Source of the DNA: a virus
DNA length: 64,000 nt
Virus record (IMG/VR): IMGVR_UViG_3300022221_000006
Location: 1-64,000 of that record
Strand: one strand, 5' to 3'
The stretch's first letter is position 1. Each line of letters begins with the position of its first letter. Positions 19,001-28,800 of this stretch are shown one piece after another. The position numbers and the translations under genes were made by a program. The notes beneath the pieces are model-generated. The model saw only the letters and a list, made by a program, of their open reading frames with translations. It made no database searches and was not told the origin of the DNA.

Positions 19001-20621
19001 GACAGCTCTCGCTCTTGAACAAGACGCATCGTCTTCAGGTGCCCAGATCATTGCGCTAACCACACGAAATAAGCAATTAGCAGAGCTTAGTAATGTTGTC
19101 CCTACAAACCAGAAACGACGACTCTACGACGAAATAGCAGCTGCCACGTTCAACGATCCAGCGTTTAGAAAACTAAATGAGAAGTTTGGACTTACTGAGA
19201 AAGATTTACGCAAGGCTGCGAAGGCTCAGAACATGGTAACCTTTTATGGAGCAGGAGAGAAGACAGGGATTCTGAACGTTGAAGGTAAATTGGCAAAAGT
19301 TCTTGAGAGACAACCTGGTACTCTCGTTGTGAAGGCCTCTGATCGCGACGTTGTCCTCAGTGAGATATCAGCACGCATTGCTCGTTATGAACGCTTTGAT
19401 CCTGCTATTGCTGAAGAATTGAAAGTCCTTAGAAGCAATGTACGTGACATATTCAACAAAGGTCTTCATGTAGGGGATGACATCATGGAAGACTTATATT
19501 TCTTGGACCCCGCGACCAAAGATCTGGTGTTACAAATGACGCAAAACTACACAAAGGTCGTAACCCCTGATGATTTTCGGCAGATTGCTAAGATTATGAG
19601 TATGCATCTTGGCGAACAGGTTCCTATCTTGAAAGACTTTACAAAATATTTAGGGCGACTGGGTGAAGACTTTCTCATCAACGCTAAACCTTCTAAGAGT
19701 AGTTTTTCCTGGAAAGGTATTTTAAAGGAGCGGTTATTTGGTTCATCCCGTGATGGTTATAAGCTGTCGAAAGAAACCAGTAAGCTTCTGGGACTCCCTG
19801 CAAACACAGCTATCTCAAAGCAGATTCTGAGTAAGTTTGGCTTCTGGCGTCCTAATGGAACTCTCAGCCAGCTACTCTATGGAGTAAAGGATCCAGGAGA
19901 TCGCAGAATAGGAGCTAAGTATTTCAAGATTCAAATAACAAAATTTAAGAAAATCTTTTCAATCGAAGTTTTCAAAGCCAACAGATTGCCTAAAAGGTGG
20001 ACAAACATCCCCTGGAAGAACTTCGATGGGAAGACAATTGAGCAGAACTTTACGCAGACCTTCGAAGAGCGTCTGTTGTATAGAGATAAGGACGGTAACT
20101 GGGTTACGAATATTCTTCAAGTACCTCAAAAGACGCAGGCGACTTGGTGGGAACAAATTCTCAATGATGCAGGAAATATTGACGATATTGCTGATGCTAC
20201 AAAGGCTAGAACTGCCTATGCTGTAAATGGGAATCACTCCAATGATGCTGTGATTGTCAAGCGATTCCATTTGTGGGGTAAGTCTGAAGATGTTCCTACT
20301 TCTACAATTCATGACGCTTTCTTTACTAATATCGCGGATATGTTAAAAGCACGGTCGGCTCTGCGTAAAATATATGCTGATGCTATGAAAACAAATGTTA
20401 TAAAAGCAACTCTAGATGAGATGTTAGCGAGAGGTCTCCCTCGTGCACTTTATGACAAGTATTTGAATGAAGCCATTGAAATAGGCCTTATCCCTGTACC
20501 AGGAAGGTCTCGAGTAGGCGGCAAGCTACTAAAAGATACCGACATATTAAACTCTGAAGACATCTTAAAGAAGGTTAATGAAGTCTTTCAGGAAGATGCT
20601 TATTGGTACGGCGTGGGGTAA
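16002..20621 (+). CDS. MuF (SPP1 gp7-like) minor head protein fused to a T7/N4-superfamily single-subunit RNA polymerase
   Basis: N-terminal GWQYVAVLDSSTTQICASRDG...PPAHWQCRS (MuF); C-terminal DHRVRIY, motif A EQDASSSGAQ, motif B RKAAKAQNMVTFYG, NGNHSNDA, motif C TIHDAF. Confidence 0.9.
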   Translation: MPNVNTAIYDGKVDRAAMLRLYEQNTHGKIEAVFDGHVVRLDKLVKKSKINSKTFKDFQKNLDIELKKTYKEAFSVSKRSLLDMAADQMSFTYQNLDAALSKVWRTKRPQRRISEDIVLKQPLYENRTLEMGWKGVSKNERKRLAQVIRKGIADGDTEEIIARNIRRGNVHKITRNQSRSLVTTAMTSVNAQVDHSVYVENEKALQGWQYVAVLDSSTTQICASRDGKIYGVDDTAYLPPAHWQCRSTIIPVVKKWEDLASLESVAQLRRRNMAKLSPAQIARYDGQTPLKETYNAWLLRQPSKIQYTHLGDWQKVDLFNKGKIHLSKFTSPDGKTLGIRQLRRMTDSEYAPPTGSQRFALAKEKLDAMNLGAISPDDFINDRKMTNTLKNFYILQSKELDGTLSLTNYRGNLIGTKRAQKRRVLTRPPREEQVIFNPVTGRYEDSRMFQPTPSVLVNNMRLVNESSILKVADKEYIDRFIGSLSEYMSVNERAVVADNLRILFTRYRKNPENWVNFKAISQAQIKFDVMNVSDTIETQLRSDANLLKKLKQDNYIDPVLGPVTFEDLDKHFISNILERNKWEDRIAPKISEELRDVFDHNIPFKIRRRLSDSNLQQFYLKFAHRLSLADSPDVDQLAAALGRDLYNLANYNGNRRQWYDLGKKLLESNNKFFELETFGVQKRRMKSRMSGQLFGPYYDTFSYNIRITDPRIQRYSQLNRKIEVGLRIGVTDVGNRLVFREGYKTYFIKNRLGLYTDTRIPITSTSSFMDFPEGLIDKEMAASLNWAAKTEYRIDEDFYDSIMHIMNFTDDKGKAKYFDDINEYRKYIAARGDAYERFKAMEWFRKRGVAFSNHPFVDHRVRIYDRGFIGPQSGETFRPFLNTAKEKVLGIDNFRNLQDQIGAFLGGLDDYFEGRYNSLSVTGRQKIAIKWRKELVTIGNHMIRNKPNDVRKILQSDMVARIEGEELGKFLRFAIEVAKIDNYLDGVYNKTSLQKLSKYKTALALEQDASSSGAQIIALTTRNKQLAELSNVVPTNQKRRLYDEIAAATFNDPAFRKLNEKFGLTEKDLRKAAKAQNMVTFYGAGEKTGILNVEGKLAKVLERQPGTLVVKASDRDVVLSEISARIARYERFDPAIAEELKVLRSNVRDIFNKGLHVGDDIMEDLYFLDPATKDLVLQMTQNYTKVVTPDDFRQIAKIMSMHLGEQVPILKDFTKYLGRLGEDFLINAKPSKSSFSWKGILKERLFGSSRDGYKLSKETSKLLGLPANTAISKQILSKFGFWRPNGTLSQLLYGVKDPGDRRIGAKYFKIQITKFKKIFSIEVFKANRLPKRWTNIPWKNFDGKTIEQNFTQTFEERLLYRDKDGNWVTNILQVPQKTQATWWEQILNDAGNIDDIADATKARTAYAVNGNHSNDAVIVKRFHLWGKSEDVPTSTIHDAFFTNIADMLKARSALRKIYADAMKTNVIKATLDEMLARGLPRALYDKYLNEAIEIGLIPVPGRSRVGGKLLKDTDILNSEDILKKVNEVFQEDAYWYGVG

Positions 20622-20625
20622 TAGA

Positions 20626-20646
20626 ACCCCGTTAAATTAACCCTGT
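20626..20646 (+). promoter_or_regulatory. putative late promoter (class L), upstream of scaffold/capsid
   Basis: ACCCCGTTAAATTAACCCTGT. Confidence 0.7.
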
Positions 20647-20725
20647 TATTTAGTGTAACAAGAGTCTTAACAATTAAACGTGTTGCTGTGCGACACATAA
20701 ATGAGCTGTGCTCAGGAAAAGAAAG

Positions 20726-21412
20726 ATGCCAGATGAAGATGACGATACCAAAATCAAGGATCCCAAGAAAATTGTGGTCGGTGATACTGATGAAGCGACA
20801 AAGCTTCTCATCGCCCAACAGATTCAAGATGGGATTGCTGAGTCTTTAAAACCTATCAAGGAAAATCTTGATAAGGCGTATAAGGCTAAAGAAGAAGCTG
20901 AGGCCCGTGCTCTAGAGCTGGAAAATAAGCAGAAAGAACGCGAGCTTAAAGATTTGGAAGAAGCAGGAAAGCACAAAGAAGTTTACGAACAACGTCTTGC
21001 TGATAAGGAAAAAGAACTGGAAGACACCGCCCAGACTATGAAGTCTTTGGCTCAAAAGAACATCGAACTGACGAGAGATATTGAAGTTCGAAATGCTCTG
21101 CGAGAGTTTGACTTTAGAAACGCCAATGCTAGTGATATGGCATTTCGAGAAGTCATAGGAAGTCTTACACAGAACTCCTCTGGAACATGGGTAGACGGTC
21201 AAGGTAGATCTGTCCTGGAAGTTGTTAAAGGTTTCGTTGATAACGAGACAAATGCTTTTCTTCTTAAACCGAAATCATCATCAGGCTCCGGCACACAACA
21301 CGGGGACGAAACTCCACCTGCCATTACGAAGACAGATTCTCTCTTCGGGATGAAGCAGGCGGATGTACTAAAACTAGCCTCTGAGGGTAAACTACCCAGA
21401 ACGAGGCGCTAA
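20726..21412 (+). CDS. capsid scaffolding protein
   Basis: charged coiled coil, SSGSG linker, located directly before the major capsid gene. Confidence 0.8.
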   Translation: MPDEDDDTKIKDPKKIVVGDTDEATKLLIAQQIQDGIAESLKPIKENLDKAYKAKEEAEARALELENKQKERELKDLEEAGKHKEVYEQRLADKEKELEDTAQTMKSLAQKNIELTRDIEVRNALREFDFRNANASDMAFREVIGSLTQNSSGTWVDGQGRSVLEVVKGFVDNETNAFLLKPKSSSGSGTQHGDETPPAITKTDSLFGMKQADVLKLASEGKLPRTRR

Positions 21413-21427
21413 TAGAGGCAATTTTAA

Positions 21428-22645
21428 ATGCGTACTGACATACGAGTTAATGATACTGGTGGTTACACACCTTACGTTCTACAAGAAACTATCGGAGCCT
21501 ACTCTGACGAGGCATACACCAATGCCCGTAAGTTATCAGGAACCGATATCGTCCAGGGCGATCCTGATATCGATACTGATGGTGAGACCTATATTGGTCA
21601 AATGCGATGGTTCACCCCATTAAATCCTGTTGTTAATGTTGCATCTCTGACTGATGCGACCAATGGTACTCCTACCACTTACGGTTCACAGTTCTTGCAA
21701 TATGTGAAATCGGCTCGTACACACGGTGCTGAGAAAGTTAACCTTTCAAAGATTGTCACTCAAGACGACGGTCTGGCAAAAGTAGGTCGTGATCTGGGTG
21801 AAACTCGTGCACAAGATGAGCATGATGCAATCCTGGCTATTCTGAAAGGCGTAGCCATCTCTGAGCTTATGTACGGTGCTGCTCAGGCTACCGGCGCTTC
21901 AGGTCTTGGTGGTCAGTCATTCTCAAATGACCCTTCCGATAATGCTTATGGCTTCTATGTCGATTTAGGTGCAAGCAAGGTTGTTACTGATGCAGCTGCT
22001 GCTAATATTGGTGCACAACGAGCTGCTGGCTTTCTGAATGCCTTTGGTCAAGCATATAAGGACCATGAGCCTGAGTACGCATACCTCGTTGCCAGTCCTG
22101 CTGTTATGGCTTCACTGCGCTCTGCTAATCTGGTAGATTCTGATCGTGTCACTGACGGTAATGTTGAGTTCAACACTATCTTCCAGGGCAAGTTCCGATT
22201 GATCCAGACTCGTGCTACCCAGTCATTGACTGCAGCTGAACGAGCAATGTTTGCAGCCACTTCTGTAGCGTCTGAAGGTGTCGATATTGTCGGCACGTTA
22301 ACTTCGTATATCGTACTGCCTGGTGCTCTTGCAATGGAGCCTTTGACTATCGATGAAGACGTTGAGATCGAACGAGCAGCTGCTGCCTACCAAGGTGGTG
22401 GTACTACTCAAATATGGTATCGTTGGGGTTACATCCTACATCCTGCTGGTTACAACTGGGCAGGTTCTCAGGATGCATTTCCTACCAATGCAAATTACCA
22501 GCAAATCACTGACGGAACTACTCCTGTAGCTGTTGACTCTATCGGTGCTGCTACCGTGAATGGCCTTGACGGCTTCACTGGTGTATGGCAGCGTAAGACA
22601 AGCTCAGCTCTGTCTCTGGGTATCCTCCCAGTCTTCCACTCTTAA
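21428..22645 (+). CDS. major capsid protein
   Basis: 405 aa, follows scaffold; VEIER...GGG...WYRWGY..HP.GY.W coat-protein pattern. Confidence 0.85.
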   Translation: MRTDIRVNDTGGYTPYVLQETIGAYSDEAYTNARKLSGTDIVQGDPDIDTDGETYIGQMRWFTPLNPVVNVASLTDATNGTPTTYGSQFLQYVKSARTHGAEKVNLSKIVTQDDGLAKVGRDLGETRAQDEHDAILAILKGVAISELMYGAAQATGASGLGGQSFSNDPSDNAYGFYVDLGASKVVTDAAAANIGAQRAAGFLNAFGQAYKDHEPEYAYLVASPAVMASLRSANLVDSDRVTDGNVEFNTIFQGKFRLIQTRATQSLTAAERAMFAATSVASEGVDIVGTLTSYIVLPGALAMEPLTIDEDVEIERAAAAYQGGGTTQIWYRWGYILHPAGYNWAGSQDAFPTNANYQQITDGTTPVAVDSIGAATVNGLDGFTGVWQRKTSSALSLGILPVFHS

Positions 22646-22666
22646 TCAACCTGGAGAGCATTACTA

Positions 22667-23149
22667 ATGGCTTTAATTAAGAATACAAATGCTTATGTAG
22701 ACTTAGCTGAAGCCACAGCCTACTTTGCTGATCGTTTAGACGCCGCTGCATGGGACGACACTGTCGATGCTGAGAGAGAAAAGGCTCTGGTGACTGCCAC
22801 GATGATGCTTGATAACCTGCGTTGGACAGGACAGGCTGCTAGTGATGCTCAACTACTTGCTTTCCCTAGGATAGGTGAGTACTTCGATCCTCGTAAAGGG
22901 ACTTCTGTGACTTTAACGGAAGCGGAGGTCCCCTTACGAATTATTAAAGGAACCTATGAATTGGCATACCACTTGCTTAATAACGATGGATTGTTAGATG
23001 ATACAGGAAGTGTCGCCGAGATAGAAGTGGATGGTGCTGTTAAACTAAAAGGTGTACGAAGTGCTCCTGATATTCCTTCTGTTGTCTACACCACTATAAA
23101 ACCTTTGTTGGAGAATAGAGGGATTTCTACATGGTGGAGGGCTAACTAA
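22667..23149 (+). CDS. head-tail adaptor (DnaT-like family)
   Basis: NAYV..AEA..YF..R...W...EKAL..AT...D...W.G...Q.L.FPR. Confidence 0.8.
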   Translation: MALIKNTNAYVDLAEATAYFADRLDAAAWDDTVDAEREKALVTATMMLDNLRWTGQAASDAQLLAFPRIGEYFDPRKGTSVTLTEAEVPLRIIKGTYELAYHLLNNDGLLDDTGSVAEIEVDGAVKLKGVRSAPDIPSVVYTTIKPLLENRGISTWWRAN

Positions 23150-23505
23150 TGAGCTACGCTGGATTAATCCGTAAGAGTGTAGACATGGCCTTTCAGTTAT
23201 CAAGTGATATTCCTTCTACTGTCACCTTCACAAAAACTGCTGTGAGTGGTTTTGACTTTAATACAAAGGAAAAAATAGAGGGAGTTCCTGTAGTCAGCCC
23301 AATTGAGGCGTTTATTGTAGCCTCGAAAAAGAAGTCAAAGAAACGAAATACTATGCAGAAGCGGCTGATTATGAAAGCTGCTGATCTTGAGAGTGGAGTT
23401 TCCTTTTATGACTATGTAATGATTGATGGTCTCAAATGGTCCATCGGTCCTCCGATTGCAATCAATGAGGCTGTGATCTCAATAGAAGTATTTAGAGAGG
23501 TGTAA
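23149..23505 (+). CDS. putative head closure protein
   Basis: size and synteny. Confidence 0.6.
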   Translation: MSYAGLIRKSVDMAFQLSSDIPSTVTFTKTAVSGFDFNTKEKIEGVPVVSPIEAFIVASKKKSKKRNTMQKRLIMKAADLESGVSFYDYVMIDGLKWSIGPPIAINEAVISIEVFREV

Positions 23506-23506
23506 G

Positions 23507-23902
23507 ATGTATACGGACATCGAAAGTGATATTTTCTCAGTATTTGGAGATGCTGCTTGGAGTGCTGAATCAGTCTCGACTTATCCCTCAAATTTTATCC
23601 CTGAAAACCCTGGAAGCGAGTTTCTCCGAGTTACGATTCTATCGGCTGCTAGAGATATGCGTTCAGCATCCGGTCAATTGATTATCGACATATTTACCCC
23701 CGCAGGTGAAGGCCAATCACGAGCTATCGCTATTGCGGATATTCTGGATCGATTTTTTAGAAACAAGTCTTTAAAGACTGGCTTGGGTACTACTCAGTTC
23801 TTTCTCAGTAGTATTGTCCCCGCTGGTCCTGATATGGACAACCCTTCTTTATATCGCTCCAACTATTCAATTTCGTTTAATTACTTTGGAGTTCAACAAT
23901 GA
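23507..23902 (+). CDS. putative tail terminator
   Basis: G.LIIDIFTPAGEG...A..IAD.L pattern; synteny. Confidence 0.7.
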   Translation: MYTDIESDIFSVFGDAAWSAESVSTYPSNFIPENPGSEFLRVTILSAARDMRSASGQLIIDIFTPAGEGQSRAIAIADILDRFFRNKSLKTGLGTTQFFLSSIVPAGPDMDNPSLYRSNYSISFNYFGVQQ

Positions 23903-24480
23903 GTCACATTTCCTCAATTGGCGCAGGTATGTTTTCAGACCTCGCTATTTGCCGCGACACTACTGAAGTCGCTGCTGCCATCGCCAACCCTTCAGAAGCA
24001 AACTTTAAAGCCTGTTTTGCAACTGAGCTAGCTAACGGTTCTCCTGTCACGGTAGCTGCTGGTGAATTTACGCGTATCAAAAATATTCGTGAATTTCCTG
24101 CAATGGGTACTCCTCCGAATGTTGTCAATGTACCGGTTTACGGTCAGAAGACTTCTTCGCAGATTCAGGGTCAGTCTGATGCTCCTTCAATGGAAATTCA
24201 GATGAACTATGTAGGTACTGAATGGCAGGATGCTGCTGATTACCTAGGTAGCCTGGTCGGTGACGGTCTGCAATATGTATTCCGATTTGCCTTGTTAAAT
24301 GCCGAGCCTGAGTCTGGCTTTGCATCTGCTGTTGGTGAATTGGGTGCTGTTGAGAACAGCCAGTATTTCTGGATTGGTAAAATGGAAGCTATCCAAGTCA
24401 ATCCTCAGCTGACTGATTCAAATACCGCCACTGTCACAATTACAGTTCAATCTGATTTCTATGGTGCTTTCACCAGCTAA
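23899..24480 (+). CDS. major tail tube protein
   Basis: IREFP.MG.P.NVVNVP.YG...S.QIQGQSDAP; followed by a terminator. Confidence 0.8.
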   Translation: MSHISSIGAGMFSDLAICRDTTEVAAAIANPSEANFKACFATELANGSPVTVAAGEFTRIKNIREFPAMGTPPNVVNVPVYGQKTSSQIQGQSDAPSMEIQMNYVGTEWQDAADYLGSLVGDGLQYVFRFALLNAEPESGFASAVGELGAVENSQYFWIGKMEAIQVNPQLTDSNTATVTITVQSDFYGAFTS

Positions 24481-24488
24481 TCAGCCAT

Positions 24489-24519
24489 AGGGGATATCTT
24501 CGGGTATCCCCTTTTATTA
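24489..24519 (+). terminator. rho-independent terminator
   Basis: AGGGGATATC-TTCG-GGTATCCCCT-TTTATT. Confidence 0.8.
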
Positions 24520-24533
24520 ACCATACCAGAGCC

Positions 24534-24764
24534 ATGACCGACGATTATAAAAAGCCATTCGACAAATCATATGTGTTGAGAGTAACAGCAATGCATATGC
24601 TGGAAAGTATTGACATCAGTATCGGAAAGACCTTCGAAAGGGTCAAAGATTTTGATGGAGATATCGAAAAATCACGGGAAGTGTTTGAAACATTATCTGA
24701 CTTACATGAAGTCCGTAGACAAGTTTTAACCTTCCAAAATTCAAATCTAAAAGCAGGAAATTAA
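24534..24764 (+). CDS. hypothetical protein
   Basis: 76-aa ORF between tail tube and chaperone genes. Confidence 0.6.
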   Translation: MTDDYKKPFDKSYVLRVTAMHMLESIDISIGKTFERVKDFDGDIEKSREVFETLSDLHEVRRQVLTFQNSNLKAGN

Positions 24765-24765
24765 T

Positions 24766-25164
24766 ATGTCAGACACACCAGTAGCCGCTGTGCCGGTACA
24801 ATCAAATGTTTTCAAGAAATTGCTTGGAAAACGAATTACATCATCTCATAAATTCATGGGCGAGAATGTCACCATTCAGAAACTTTCTGTTGCAGAAGTG
24901 ATGTCTATCCAGGAATCAGCTACAAAAGCTCAAGCGCTTGCGGATGATGCAAAGAACAAACAAACGATGGGCCAGGAAGTTACAGTAGATGATAAAGAGG
25001 GTTTTAACTCACTCAAGAATGTCATCCGTATGGGTGCCCCTGAATCAACAGGTCTCGATGATGAGGATTTCAACCAGTTTCCTTTGGAAGAGTTGATTTC
25101 ATTATCACAGGCAATCATGAAGTTCTCCGGTATCGATCCTTCTAAAGAGGGAAACGAGAGCTAA
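24766..25164 (+). CDS. tail assembly chaperone (lambda gpG-like)
   Basis: position before TMP; slippery site at the 3' end. Confidence 0.75.
   Translation: MSDTPVAAVPVQSNVFKKLLGKRITSSHKFMGENVTIQKLSVAEVMSIQESATKAQALADDAKNKQTMGQEVTVDDKEGFNSLKNVIRMGAPESTGLDDEDFNQFPLEELISLSQAIMKFSGIDPSKEGNES
25149..25155 (+). other. -1 programmed ribosomal frameshift site G GGA AAC
   Basis: in-frame X XXY YYZ heptamer; the -1 frame is open to 25505. Confidence 0.8.
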
Positions 25165-25505
25165 CACCTGAAGAGTTCGTTCTTTATGAACTTGCTTACA
25201 ATCTCGGGATGACAGCACACCAGGTGGTGTATGAAATGTCAAACGAGGAATTTACAAAATGGATGGCTTACTTTGAGAAGCGTCCTATTGGTTGGCGTGA
25301 AGATCAGCGAACCTACCAAATAATGGCGTCTTTCGGTACAAAAGAAAAGCCTGAAAATTTATTCGAATCTCTCAGGAAAATGAGAACAGCTGCCACCCCT
25401 GCTGTTGAAGATGGGAAACTTAATGTGGCATCTTTTAAAGGAAGCTTGATGTTTTCTAAGATGATGTCAGCAAAAGGTGGAGACAAAATAGCTTATGATA
25501 ATTAA
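25149..25505 (+). CDS. tail assembly chaperone, gpT-like frameshift extension
   Basis: -1 frame reads ELTPEEFVLYELAYNLGMT...MS.EEF..W..YF...P.G..EDQR. Confidence 0.75.
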   Translation, partial: GKRELTPEEFVLYELAYNLGMTAHQVVYEMSNEEFTKWMAYFEKRPIGWREDQRTYQIMASFGTKEKPENLFESLRKMRTAATPAVEDGKLNVASFKGSLMFSKMMSAKGGDKIAYDN

Positions 25506-25806
25506 AGTGTCAGGCGTATCGGAAACAATCCGAGATATACGTCAACAAATGAAAAGAGAAGCGGAAAGAGAGAAGAGGAAAGTCCTCAAAGCTCTTCTCC
25601 AAGACATTAAAGAAGAGAACCCTGTAGATACTGGTAAGTCACGAAACGGCTGGTATATACTAGGGAACTCTATACGAAACGATGTTGACTATGTCGAAGT
25701 CTTAAATAATGGTACAAGTACTCGCGAAGGTAGTCGTTTTGTGGAAAAAGCAGTTTTGAAAAACAGAAAAGTACGCCCTAGCGGTATTATTGTTAGAACT
25801 AAATAA
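25495..25806 (+). CDS. HK97 gp10-like tail completion/neck protein
   Basis: PVDTG.SR.GW...N.V.Y...LN.GTS motif. Confidence 0.8.
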   Translation: MIIKVSGVSETIRDIRQQMKREAEREKRKVLKALLQDIKEENPVDTGKSRNGWYILGNSIRNDVDYVEVLNNGTSTREGSRFVEKAVLKNRKVRPSGIIVRTK

Positions 25807-25812
25807 AGACAC

Positions 25813-25840
25813 AGCCCCACACAGCGTGGGGCTTTATTTT
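25813..25840 (+). terminator. rho-independent terminator
   Basis: AGCCCCAC-ACAGC-GTGGGGCT-TTATTTT. Confidence 0.7.
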
Positions 25841-25857
25841 AAACAGGAGACTTAGGT

Positions 25858-28800
25858 ATGTCAGGTGTTATAGTTGATGTAGATGCCAGAACAGAGAAGG
25901 CTGAACGCGACTTACAACAGATAAATAAATCTCTTAGAGGTATAGAGACTTCAGCAAGTAATGCTGGTAAGACCATTTCACGTGCGTTCGTTGGAATAGG
26001 TGCAGCCCTTACAGCTCATTTCTCAGTTTCACAAGTCAGTGGTATCTCAACCGAATTTACAAATCTGTCCAATCAAATAGCAGTTGTGACAGGTAGAACG
26101 CGAGAACTAAACAAGGTCCAGTCCGAGTTGTTCAACATTGCTGAGAACACTCGTGCCTCGATCTCTAACACAGTATCTACCTTTGGTAGCCTAGGACGCT
26201 CACTGCGAGGTGTTGAATCGTCTAATACTAAAATACTGACGGTTACAAAGGCTATTCAACAAGCAACTGCCCTATCAGGTGCCTCTTCTGAATCCGCGAA
26301 AGCTGCCATTGTCCAGTTAGGACAGGGTCTCGCTGCAGGTGCTCTGAGAGGTCAAGAACTCATGTCTGTCATGGAACAGTTGCCACGTGCTGCTATAGCG
26401 ATAGCCGACGGATTGGAGGTGCCTCTGGGTGCTCTGCGCAAGCTGGGCGAGTCCGGTAAATTGACGAGTGAACAAGTTTTTAATGCACTACTTCAACAGT
26501 CTGAGAAGATAGGCCAGGAATTCAAAAGCTTAGCACCTACTGTTCAGCAGTCAAAGAACCTTCTCACAGACAGCTTAAAAATCTATATAAGTGAGCTTGA
26601 CAGGGGTATGGGTCTTTCCGATCGAATGGGCAGTTCCTTGCAAGGGTGGAGTAAAAAGATCAGAGAGGCATCTAAGGGCGCGTATGATCTCGGGAATAGA
26701 ATTGCGTATAACTTGACTATCTTCAAGCGAGAAATCAAACAGTTTGTAGGCCCTTTCGCTAATATAGGTATTGCTATCGCAAAGCAATTTAAGAAGGCCC
26801 TCCCGAAGGCGTTTCTGACACTTACATTTGAAGCGATGTATAGAGATGTCATTCGAGACCTCGATAAGTTTACAGGGGGCTATATAAGTGCTTGGAAACG
26901 TTTCAAATTCATCGATATAATAAAGATTGAGAGTGATGTTGAAATAGCGATAAGAACCCTGAAAAGACTCCATCCTAAATATTGGGCTGCAGGAGGTTTT
27001 GATGTACTGTCTCTGAAACATTTCTTTAGCGCCGAGAATTTAAATCTGTATCTACGTGCCTTACAATCACTTGCTGACGCTATTGAGAGTAACATACGTT
27101 CAGCTGCATCAGTTTTTAAGTCTCTTGCCATCAACATCAGGTTCGGAACAGAAGCAATGTTGAGGTTTGTAGGCATCATACCCGAATCTCTTGTCATGTT
27201 TCGAGTAGGACATTTAAAGCCTTTTCTGAAGACTGTTATTGAAATTGCACGTGCCATCACAGGTACATCTCTCGAATTCTATAGAGTAGGGCGCTTAATA
27301 TCGGAAGGTCTGTTTCCAGACATCATCAGTGTCTTTAGAGCTATGGGCGATATTATGCAGCAACTGTTTGGACGTATTACAAGCAGTTCTCGTCTAGCGA
27401 AGGCGATAGGTTACATCAAGACTTTCGCTGACTCTGTGATGAGGCTCTTTGAGAAAGTCTATATGAGCGTTGTCGGGGGCTCCACATGGACAGATACGAT
27501 GAAAGGAATTTATGAGAAAGCTCGCTCATTTCTAGGTAAGACGCGAAAGGCCCTAGCATCTTTCGGAGAGTTTGTAATGACGCAGTTTAAGAAACTTGCT
27601 GATAAAAACCTCTGGTCAAAAGTAGGCATAGCAATTCATACAGCTATCTTTTCAATAATCCCAGTAGCTGCATGGATTATTAGGAGTGTTATTGATATTG
27701 TGACAACATCGATTGTTGCCTCATTAGGAATGATAGGATATCTATGGGCTAAAACTTTTAACAGCCTTGCAGAAGTTGCTCCTAAGTCTATCGCTAAAAT
27801 GATACGTCGTGTAAGAGATTTTGGTCTTGAGCTAACTGTGTTATTCGCAGGTGTTGTTATTGCAGTAGGACGTCTTCTTAAGGCTCTTCTCTGGGTTGTA
27901 GCTGCTCTAGGTAAACTCTTCGTAATGGGTGCTGTTTTCTCATTTCATGCTCTTATCTATGAAATCTCACGACTGACAGAGTACCTCCGAGGGGATGCTG
28001 TACATGATATCATTGATTTTGGTAAAAAGGTTATTGACGTCTTCGCTGAAATCTATGACAAAGTTATAGGTAACTCGTATTGGACTGATCTGATTGAGAA
28101 TATTGTCAATACTTCAAACAGTCTCTGGGACTCTGTAAAAGGAGGCTTTTTCAAGTTCTACAATAACATTGTCAGTCTTTTTAAGTCCCTCAATAAAAGA
28201 GCTTCACTTCCAACATTCGAATTTAAAAGTTCCGTCAGTATTCCATTCATCGAGGATAAAAGTCTTCTTACACGAATGAAAGATAGAATACTTGAAATGT
28301 ACGCTGATGTTGCAGAAAGGTTTCCTACGATGATAACAGGTGCCGTTCTCGCCGTCGCCGGTATCGCTGTCTCACTTTTATTTCCAGCAGGTGAGATAAA
28401 GAAAGCATTACTGAGCGGTATCTTTCTTGCCCTTATAAAGGCCGGTACCTTGATCGCTAGCGCGTTAGGCAAGGGTGTACTAGATGTTAACTTTGTAACG
28501 TCGCTGGCCAGGTCTGCAGGTAACGCTGTGGGTAACTTCATTGGAGGCATTCTTAGAGACCTCCCTGCTACATTTGACCTCTTGTTAGGCGCTGCCATTA
28601 ACTTCATCCGTGGTGTCTTTGAAGCAGTCCTTACACAAATTCCAATTTTAGGAACCGCTATTAAGGGTATCTTTGGTATCTTAGATGCAACAGGGACTTC
28701 AGGAGTAGCTGGTGTCATAGGGACATTGTTTCTAGGAAAATATATTGCAAACGTTCTTGGATTCTTTGGCCTCTTTACAACACCTATGGCAAAGATGAAA

